This document shows positions 54,430 to 64,000 of a stretch of 64,000 nt of DNA, piece by piece. The translations under genes and the position numbers were made by a program. Every line of letters begins with the position of its first letter. The stretch's first letter is position 1. The notes under the pieces were generated by a model. The model searched no databases and had not been told where the DNA came from. It saw only the letters and a list, made by a program, of their open reading frames with translations. The stretch lies in the NCBI RefSeq assembly GCF_009914755.1, contig NC_060925.1. One strand, written 5' to 3'. The stretch is from the human T2T-CHM13v2.0 reference genome, Homo sapiens.

Positions 54430-57400
54430 TGTGAGTTGAACGCACACATCACAAAAGATTTTCTGAGAATCATTCTGTCTAGTCTTTATATGAAGATAGT
54501 TTCCTTTTCTACCATTGACCTCAAAGCGGCTGAAATCTCCACTTGCAAATTCCACAAAAAGAGTGTTTCAAGTCTGCTCTGTGTAAAGGATCGTTCAACT
54601 CTGTGAGTTGAATACACACAACACAAGGAAGTTACTGAGAATTCTTCTGTCTAGCAGAATAGGAAGAAATCCCGTTTCCAACGAAGGCCACAAGATGTCA
54701 GAATATCCACTTACAGACTTTACAAACAGAGTGTTTCCTAACTGCTCTATGAACAGAAAGGTTAAACTCTGTGAGTTGAACGAACACATCACAACGCAGT
54801 TTGTGGGAATGATTCTGTCTAGTTTTGAAACGAAGATATTTCCTTTTCTGCCGTTGACCTTAAAGCGCTTGAAATCTACACTTGCAAATTGCACAAATAG
54901 AGTGTTTCAAATCTGCTCTGTCTAAGGGAACGTTCAACTCTGTGAGTTGAATGCACACAACACAAGGAAGTTACTGGGAATACTTCTGTCTAGCCTTACA
55001 TGAAAAAAACCCGTTTCCAACGAAGGCCTCTAAGTGGTCAAAATATCCACGTGCAGACTTTACAAACAGAGTGTTTCCAAACCGCTGAATGAAAAGAAAA
55101 GTTAAACTCTGAGAGTTGAACGCACACATCACGCAGCAGATTCTGAGAATGATTCTGTCTAGTTTTTATACGAAGATATTTCCTTTTCTGCCTTTGGCCC
55201 CAAAGCGCTTGAAATCTCCACTTGCAAATTCCACAAAAACAGTGTTTCAAATCTGCTCTCTCTAAATGAAAGTTCAACTCTGTCAGTTGAATACACACAA
55301 CACAAGGAAGTTACTGAGAATTCGTCTGTCTAGCATAATATGAAGAAATCCCGTTTCCAACGAAGGCCTCAAAGGGGTCTGAATATCCACTTGCAGACTT
55401 TATAAACAGAGTGTTTACTAACTGCTCTATGAAAAGAAAGGTTAAACTCTGTGAGTTGAACACACACATCACAAAGGAGTTTCTGAGAATCATTCTGTCT
55501 AGTTTTTCTACGAAGATATTTCCTTTTCTACTATTGACCTCAAAGCGGCTGAAATCTCCACTTGCAAATTCCACAAAAAGAGTGTTTCAAGTCTGCTCTG
55601 TGTAAAGGATCGTTCAACTCTGTGAGTAGAATACACACAACACAAGGAAGTTACTGAGAATTCTTCTGTCTAGCAGAATAGGAAGAAATCCCGTTTCCAA
55701 CGAAGGCCTCAAAGAGGTCTGAATATCCACTTGCAGACTTTACAAACAGAGTGTTTCCTAACTGCTCTATGAAAAGAAAGGTTAAACTCTGTGAGTTGAA
55801 CGCACACATCACAAAGGAGTTTCTGAGAATCATTCTGTCTAGTTTCTATAGGAAGATATTTCCTATTCTACCATTGACCTCAAAGCGGCTGAAATCTCCA
55901 ATTGCAAATTCCACAAAAAGAGTGTTTCAAGTCTGCTCTGTGTAAAGGATCGTTCAACTCTGTGAGTTGAATACACACAACACAAGGAAGTTACAGAGAA
56001 TTCTTCTGTCTAGCAGAATATGTAGAAATCCTGTTTCCAACGAAGGCCTCAAGGAGGTCTGAATATCCACTTGCAGACTTTACAAACAGAGTGTTTCCTA
56101 ACTGCTCTATGAACAGAAAGGTTAAACTCTGTGAGTTGAACGCACACATCACAAAGGAGTTTCTGAGAATCATTCTGTCTAGTCTTTATACGAAGATATT
56201 TACTTTTCTACCATTGACCTCAAAGCGGCTGAAATCTCCACTTGCAAATTCCACAAAAAGAGTGTTTCAAGTCTGCTCTGTGTAAAGGATCATTCAACTC
56301 TGTGAGTTGAATAAACACAACACAAGGAAGTTACTGAGAATTCTTCTGTCTAGCAGAATATGAAGAAATCCCGTTTCCAACGAAGGCCTCAAGGAGGTCT
56401 GAATATCCACTTGCAGACTTTACAAACAGAGTGTTTCCTAACTGCTCTATGAACAGAAAGGTTAAACTCTGTGAGTTGAACGCACACATCACAAAGGAGT
56501 TTATGAGAATCATTCTGTCTAGTTTCTATAAGAAGATATTTCCTATTCTACCATTGACCTCAAAGCGGCTGAAATCTCCACTTGCAAATTCGACAAAAAG
56601 AGTGTTTCAAGCCTGCTCTCTGTAAAGGATCCTTCAACTCTGTGAGTTGAATACACACAACACAAGGAAGTTACTGAGAATTATTCTGTCTAGCATAATA
56701 TGAAGAAATCCCGTTTCCAACGAAGGCCTCAAAGAGGTCTGAATATCCACTTGCAGACTTTACAAACAGAGTGTTTCCTAACTGCTCTATGAGAAGAAAA
56801 GTTAAACTCTGTGAGTTGAACGCACACATCACAAAAGATTTTCTGAGAATCATTCTGTCTAGTCTTTATATGAAGATAGTTTCCTTTTCTACCATTGACC
56901 TCAAAGCGGCTGAAATCTCCACTTGCAAATTCCACAAAAAGAGTGTTTCAAGTCTGCTCTGTGTAAAGGATCGTTCAACTCTGTGAGTTGAATACACACA
57001 ACACAAGGAAGTTACTGAGAATTCTTCTGTCTAGCAGAATATGAAGAAATCCCGTTTCCAACGAAGGCCTCTAGGAGGTCTGAATATCCACTTGCAGACT
57101 TTACAAACAGAGTGTTTCCTAACTGCTCTATGAACAGAAAGGTTAAACTCTGTGAGTTGAACGAACACATCACAACGCAGTTTGTGGGAATGATTCTGTC
57201 TAGTTTTGAAACGAAGATATTTCCTTTTCTGCCGTTGACCTTAAAGCGCTTGAAATCTACACTTGCAAATTGCACAAATAGAGTGTTTCAAATCTGCTCT
57301 GTCTAAGGGAACGTTCAACTCTGTGAGTTGAATGCACACAACACAAGGAAGTTACTGGGAATTCTTCTGCCTAGCCTTACATGAAAAAAACCCGTTTCCA

Positions 57401-60400
57401 ACGAAGGCCTCTAAGTGGTCAAAATATCCACGTGTAGACTTTACAAACAGAGTGTTTCAGAACCGCTGAATGAAAAGAAAAGTTAAACTCTGAGAGTTGA
57501 ACGCACACATCACGCAGCAGTTTCTGAGAATGATTCTGTCTAGTTTTTATACGAAGATATTTCCTTTTCTGCCTTTGGCCCCAAAGCGCTTGAAATCTCC
57601 ACTTGCAAATTCCACAAAAACAGTGTTTCAAATCTGCTCTCTCTAAATGAAAGTTGAACTCTGTCAGTTGAATACACACAACACAAGGAAGTTACTGAGA
57701 ATTCTTCTGTCTAGCATAATATGAAGAAATCCCGTTTCCAACGAAGGCCTCCAAGGGGTCTGAATATCCACTTGCAGACTTTATAAACAGAGTGTTTACT
57801 AACTGCTCTATGAAAAGAAAGGTTAAACTCTGTGAGTTGAACACACACATCACAAAGGAGTTTCTGAGAATCATTCTGTCTAGTTTTTCTACGAAGATAT
57901 TTCCTTTTCTACTATTGACCTGAAAGCGGCTGAAATCTCCACTTGCAAATTCCACAAAAAGAGTGTTTCAAGTCTGCTCTGTGTAAAGGATCGTTCAACT
58001 CTGTGAGTTGAATACACACAACACAAGGAAGTTACTGAGAATTCTTCTGTCTAGCAGAATATGAAGAAATCCCGTTTCCAACGAAGGCCTCAAAGAGGTC
58101 TGAATATCCACTTGCAGACTTTACAAACAGAGTGTTTCCTAACTGCTCTATGAAAAGAAAAGTTAAACTCTGTGAGTTGAACGCACACATCACAAAGGAG
58201 TTTTTGAGAATCGTTCTGTCTAGTTTCTATAGGAAGATATTTCCTATTCTACCATTGACCTCAAAGCGGCTGAAATCTCCAGTTCCAAATTCCACAAAAA
58301 GAATGTTTCAAGTCTGCTCTGTGTAAAGGATCGTTCAACTCTGTGAGTTGAATACACACAACACAAGGAAGTTACTGAGAATTATTCTGTCTAGCATAAT
58401 ATGAAGAAATCCCGTTTCCAACGAAGGCCTCAAAGAGGTCTGAATATCCACTTGCAGACTTTACAAACAGAGTGTTTCCTAACTGCTCTATGAAAAGAAA
58501 GGTTAAACTCTGTGAGTTGAACGCACACATCACAAAAGATTTTCTGAGAATCATTCTGTCTAGTCTTTATATGAAGATAGTTTCCTTTTCTACCATTGAC
58601 CTCAAAGCGGCTGAAATCTCCACTTGCAAATTCCACAAAAAGAGTGTTTCAAGTCTGCTCTGTGTAAAGGATCGTTCAACTCTGTGAGTTGAATACACAC
58701 AACACAAGGAAGTTACTGAGAATTCTTCTGTCTAGCAGAATATGAAGAAATCCCGTTTCCAACGAAGGCCACAAGATGTCAGAATATCCACTTACAGACT
58801 TTACAAACAGAGTGTTTCCTAACTGCTCTATGAACAGAAAGGTTAAACTCTGTGAGTTGAACGAACACATCACAACGCAGTTTGTGGGAATGATTCTGTC
58901 TAGTTTTGAAACGAAGATATTTCCTTTTCTGCCGTTGACCTTAAAGCGCTTGAAATCTACACTTGCAAATTGCACAAATAGAGTGTTTCAAATCTGCTCT
59001 GTCTAAGGGAACCTTCAACTCTGTGAGTTGAATGCACACAACACAAGGAAGTTACTGGGAATTCTTCTGTCTAGCCTTACATGAAAAAAACCCGTTTCCA
59101 ACGAAGGCCTCTAAGTGGTCAAAATATCCACGTGCAGACTTTACAAACAGAGTGTTTCCAAACCGCTGAATGAAAAGAAAAGTTAAACTCTGAGAGTTGA
59201 ACGCACACATCACGCAGCAGATTCTGAGAATGATTCTGTCTAGTTTTCATACGAAGATATTTCCTTTTCTGCCTTTGGCCCCAAAGCGCTTGAAATCTCC
59301 ACTTGCAAATTCCACAAAAACAGTGTTTCAAATCTGCTCTCTCTAAATGAAAGTTCAACTCTGTCAGTTGAATACACACAACACAAGGAAGTTACTGAGA
59401 ATTCTTCTGTCCAGCATAATATGAAGAAATCCCGTTTCCAACGAAGGCCTCAAAGGGGTCTGAATATCCACTTGCAGACTTTATAAACAGAGTGTTTACT
59501 AACTGCTCTATGAAAAGAAAGGTTAAACTCTGTGAGTTGAACACACACATCACAAAGGAGTTTCTGAGAATCATTCTGTCTAGTTTTTCTACAAAGATAT
59601 TTCCTTTTCTACTATTGACCTCAAAGCGGCTGAAATCTCCACTTGCAAATTCCACAAAAAGAGTGTTTCAAGTCTGCTCTGTGTAAAGGATCGTTCAACT
59701 CTGTGAGTAGAATACACACAACACAAGGAAGTTACTGAGAATTCTTCTGTCTAGCAGAATAGGAAGAAATCCCGTTTCCAACGAAGGCCTCAAAGAGGTC
59801 TGAATATCCACTTGCAGACTTTACAAACAGAGTGTTTCCTAACTGCTCTATGAAAAGAAAGGTTAAACTCTGTGAGTTGAACGCACACATCACAAAGGAG
59901 TTTCTGAGAATCATTCTGTCTAGTTTCTATAGGAAGATATTTCCTATTCTACCATTGACCTCAAAGCGGCTGAAATCTCCAATTGCAAATTCCACAAAAA
60001 GAGTGTTTCAAGTCTGCTCTGTGTAAAGGATCGTTCAACTCTGTGAGTTGAATACACACAACACAAGGAAGTTACAGAGAATTCTTCTGTCTAGCAGAAT
60101 ATGAAGAAATCCTGTTTCCAACGAAGGCCTCAAGGAGGTCTGAATATCCACTTGCAGACTTTACAAACAGAGTGTTTCCTAACTGCTCTATGAACAGAAA
60201 GGTTAAACTCTGTGAGTTGAACGCACACATCACAAAGGAGTTTCTGAGAATCATTCTGTCTAGTCTTTATACGAAGATATTTACTTTTCTACCATTGACC
60301 TCAAAGCGGCTGAAATCTCCACTTGCAAATTCCACAAAAAGAGTGTTTCAAGTCTGCTCTGTGTAAAGGATCATTCAACTCTGTGAGTTGAATAAACACA

Positions 60401-61950
60401 ACACAAGGAAGTTACTGAGAATTCTTCTGTCTAGCAGAATATGAAGAAATCCCGTTTCCAACGAAGGCCTCAAGGAGGTCTGAATATCCACTTGCAGACT
60501 TTACAAACAGAGTGTTTCCTAACTGCTCTATGAACAGAAAGGTTAAACTCTGTGAGTTGAACGCACACATCACAAAGGAGTTTATGAGAATCATTCTGTC
60601 TAGTTTCTATAAGAAGATATTTCCTATTCTACCATTGACCTCAAAGCGGCTGAAATCTCCACTTGCAAATTCGACAAAAAGAGTGTTTCAAGCCTGCTCT
60701 CTGTAAAGGATCCTTCAACTCTGTGAGTTGAATACACACAACACAAGGAAGTTACTGAGAATTATTCTGTCTAGCATAATATGAAGAAATCCCGTTTCCA
60801 ACGAAGGCCTCAAAGAGGTCTGAATATCCACTTGCAGACTTTACAAACAGAGTGTTTCCTAACTGCTCTATGAGAAGAAAAGTTAAACTCTGTGAGTTGA
60901 ACGCACACATCACAAAAGATTTTCTGAGAATCATTCTGTCTAGTCTTTATATGAAGATAGTTTCCTTTTCTACCATTGACCTCAAAGCGGCTGAAATCTC
61001 CACTTGCAAATTCCACAAAAAGAGTGTTTCAAGTCTGCTCTGTGTAAAGGATCGTTCAACTCTGTGAGTTGAATACACACAACACAAGGAAGTTACTGAG
61101 AATTCTTCTGTCTAGCAGAATACGAAGAAATCCCGTTTCCAACGAAGGCCTCTAGGAGGTCTGAATATCCACTTGCAGACTTTACAAACAGAGTGTTTCC
61201 TAACTGCTCTATGAACAGAAAGGTTAAACTCTGTGAGTTGAACGAACACATCACAACGCAGTTTGTGGGAATGATTCTGTCTAGTTTTGAAACGAAGATA
61301 TTTCCTTTTCTGCCGTTGACCTTAAAGCGCTTGAAATCTACACTTGCAAATTGCACAAATAGAGTGTTTCAAATCTGCTCTGTCTAAGGGAACGTTCAAC
61401 TCTGTGAGTTGAATGCACACAACACAAGGAAGTTACTGGGAATTCTTCTGCCTAGCCTTACATGAAAAAAACCCGTTTCCAACGAAGGCCTCTAAGTGGT
61501 CAAAATATCCACGTGCAGACTTTACAAACAGAGTGTTTCAGAACCGCTGAATGAAAAGAAAAGTTAAACTCTGAGAGTTGAACGCACACATCACGCAGCA
61601 GTTTCTGAGAATGATTCTGTCTAGTTTTTATACGAAGATATTTCCTTTTCTGCCTTTGGCCCCAAAGCGCTTGAAATCTCCACTTGCAAATTCCACAAAA
61701 ACAGTGTTTCAAATCTGCTCTCTCTAAATGAAAGTTGAACTCTGTCAGTTGAATACACACAACACAAGGAAGTTACTGAGAATTCTTCTGTCTAGCATAA
61801 TATGAAGAAATCCCGTTTCCAACGAAGGCCTCCAAGGGGTCTGAATATCCACTTGCAGACTTTATAAACAGAGTGTTTACTAACTGCTCTATGAAAAGAA
61901 AGGTTAAACTCTGTGAGTTGAACACACACATCACAAAGGAGTTTCTGAGA
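54430..61950. repeat. Tandem duplication, 4081-bp period (12 dimers), second copy partial
   Basis: 'gcagattctg' ~55136/59217, 'gagtagaat' 55624/59705, 'ttacagagaa' 55991/60072, 'tcctgtttcc' 56029/60110, 'aagttgaact' 57651/61732. Confidence 0.85.
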
Positions 61951-64000
61951 ATCATTCTGTCTAGTTTCTATAAGAAGATATTTCCTATTCTACCATTGAC
62001 CTCAAAGCGGCTGAAATCTCCACTTGCAAATTCCACAAAAAGAGTGTTTCAAGTCTGCTCTGTGTAAAGGATCGTTCAACTCTGTGAGTAGAATACACAC
62101 AACACAAGGAAGTTACTGAGAATTCTTCTGTCTAGCAGAATATGAAGAAATCCCGTTTCCAACGAAGGCCTCAAAGAGGTCTGAATATCCACTTGCAGAC
62201 TTTACAAACAGAGTGTTTCCTAACTGCTCTATGAACAGAAAGGTTAAACTCTGTGAGTTGAACGCACACATCACAAAGGAGTTTCTGAGAATCATTCTGT
62301 CTAGTCTTTATACGAAGATATTTACTTTTCTACCATTGACCTCAAAGCGGCTGAAATCTCCACTTGCAAATTCCACAAAAAGAGTGTTTCAAGTCTGCTC
62401 TCTGTAAAGGATCATTCAACTCTGTGAGTTGAATAAACACAACACAAGGAAGTTACTGAGAATTCTTCTGTCTAGCAGAATATGAAGAAATCCCGTTTCC
62501 AACGAAGGCCTCAAGGAGGTCTGAATATCCACTTGCAGACTTTACAAACAGAGTGTTTCCTAACTGCTCTATGAACAGAAAGGTTAAACTCTGTGAGTTG
62601 AACGCACACATCACAAAGGAGTTTATGAGAATCATTCTGTCTAGTTTCTATAAGAAGATATTTCCTATTCTACCATTGACCTCAAAGCGGCTGAAATCTC
62701 CACTTGCAAATTCGACAAAAAGAGTGTTTCAAGCCTGCTCTCTGTAAAGGATCCTTCAACTCTGTGAGTTGAATACACACAACACAAGGAAGTTACTGAG
62801 AATTATTCTGTCTAGCATAATATGAAGAAATCCCGTTTCCAACGAAGGCCTCAAAGAGGTCTGAATATCCACTTGCAGACTTTACAAACAGAGTGTTTCC
62901 TAACTGCTCTATGAGAAGAAAAGTTAAACTCTGTGAGTTGAACGCACACATCACAAAAGATTTTCTGAGAATCATTCTGTCTAGTCTTTATATGAAGATA
63001 GTTTCCTTTTCTACCATTGACCTCAAAGCGGCTGAAATCTCCACTTGCAAATTCCACAAAAAGAGTGTTTCAAGTCTGCTCTGTGTAAAGGATCGTTCAA
63101 CTCTGTGAGTTGAATACACACAACACAAGGAAGTTACTGAGAATTCTTCTGTCTAGCAGAATATGAAGAAATCCCGTTTCCAACGAAGGCCACAAGATGT
63201 CAGAATATCCACTTACAGACTTTACAAACAGAGTGTTTCCTAACTGCTCTATGAACAGAAAGGTTAAACTCTGTGAGTTGAACGAACACATCACAACGCA
63301 GTTTGTGGGAATGATTCTGTCTAGTTTTGAAACGAAGATATTTCCTTTTCTGCCGTTGACCTTAAAGCGCTTGAAATCTACACTTGCAAATTGCACAAAT
63401 AGAGTGTTTCAAATCTGCTCTGTCTAAGGGAACGTTCAACTCTGTGAGTTGAATGCACACAACACAAGGAAGTTACTGGGAATTCTTCTGTCTAGCCTTA
63501 CATGAAAAAAACCCGTTTCCAACGAAGGCCTCTAAGTGGTCAAAATATCCACGTGCAGACTTTACAAACAGAGTGTTTCCAAACCGCTGAATGAAAAGAA
63601 AAGTTAAACTCTGAGAGTTGAACGCACACATCACGCAGCAGATTCTGAGAATGATTCTGTCTAGTTTTTATACGAAGATATTTCCTTTTCTGCCTTTGGC
63701 CCCAAAGCGCTTGAAATCTCCACTTGCAAATTCCACAAAAACAGTGTTTCAAATCTGCTCTCTCTAAATGAAAGTTCAACTCTGTCAGTTGAATACACAC
63801 AACACAAGGAAGTTACTTAGAATTCTTCTGTCTAGCATAATATGAAGAAATCCCGTTTCCAACGAAGGCCTCAAAGGGGTCTGAATATCCACTTGCAGAC
63901 TTTATAAACAGAGTGTTTACTAACTGCTCTATGAAAAGAAAGGTTAAACTCTGTGAGTTGAACACACACATCACAAAGGAGTTTCTGAGAATCATTCTGT

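Larger units (their letters stand above)
283..63867 (-). promoter_or_regulatory. CENP-B boxes (17 bp), one per dimer, ~188 positions, roughly 90% intact
   Basis: + strand (T/A)CCCGTTTCCAACGAAG at 283, 623, 963, 1303 ... 63851. The reverse complement matches the CENP-B core NTTCGNNNNANNCGGGN. Sixteen copies with core-disrupting changes were found by eye. Confidence 0.95.
1..64000 (-). repeat. Centromeric alpha-satellite HOR array, SF1 (J1/J2 dimeric), ~340-bp dimer, ~188 copies
   Basis: Continuous ~340-bp periodicity: equivalent ORF starts at 685, 1025, 1365, 2045 and so on. Each dimer holds two related ~170-bp monomers sharing 'aactctgtgagttgaa' and 'ccacttgca'. CENP-B boxes alternate with A-type monomers, and GAATTC occurs once per dimer, matching the classical 340-bp EcoRI alphoid dimer. 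The CENP-B box reads CTTCGTTGGAAACGGGA on the minus strand throughout, so there is no inversion. Confidence 0.98.
1..64000 (-). repeat. Probable live array S1C1/5/19H1L (D1Z7/D5Z2/D19Z3) of human chr1/5/19; dimer-rich variants tentatively favour chr1 or chr19
   Basis: The minimal HOR spacing is 1020 bp (6-mer; 6351->7371, 17903->18923), with variable numbers of extra near-identical dimers. This matches my recollection of the 6-mer plus amplified-dimer structure of this family. No database search was run, so the chromosome assignment is inference. Confidence 0.75.

Noticed and set aside
54608-54925. Longer ORFs (105 aa here; 102 aa at 40752; 108 aa at 18936, 21654 and 24032)
   Set aside because: Each arises from a single SNV or indel that removes a stop codon or fuses frames. 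There is no evidence of coding function.
1-64000. Hundreds of 60-108 aa ORFs (MFPNCSMKRK..., MILRNSFVMC..., MCIQLTELNF...) on both strands
   Set aside because: They are translations of the satellite unit. They recur every 340 bp, overlap on both strands, many begin at GTG/TTG, and they are freely frameshifted by indels. I recognise no protein family in them.
1-64000. CRISPR-like or other repeat-spacer system
   Set aside because: There are no unique spacers: the whole unit is repeated, and no cas or other genes are present.
1-64000. L1/Alu insertion, inversion or non-satellite island
   Set aside because: The 340-bp phase is continuous (net drift about 12 bp) and all CENP-B boxes have the same orientation. 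I saw no poly-A tail or foreign sequence.

Overview
The whole 64 kb window is one uninterrupted, single-orientation array of primate (most likely human) centromeric alpha-satellite DNA, lying on the minus strand relative to the usual alphoid consensus. It consists of about 188 copies of a ~340-bp dimer of two ~170-bp monomers. Every second monomer carries a CENP-B box (+ strand TCCCGTTTCCAACGAAG), and most dimers carry one EcoRI site. This fits suprachromosomal family 1 (J1/J2), most likely the live S1C1/5/19H1L array (D1Z7/D5Z2/D19Z3). I found no genes, transposons, RNA genes or CRISPR arrays; all listed ORFs are repeat artefacts. The interest lies in the internal structure. Higher-order repeat (HOR) length varies from 6 to 18 monomers, and an ordered 16-mer template appears in the right half. 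There are several recent tandem duplications (2.38, 4.416, 2.72, 3.06 and 4.08 kb), a haplotype boundary near 28 kb, linked +1/-1 indels, and hybrid dimers. One CENP-B box is broken by three different mutations in three paralogous copies. All counts were read by eye and need computational confirmation. I do not see a new gene system here.
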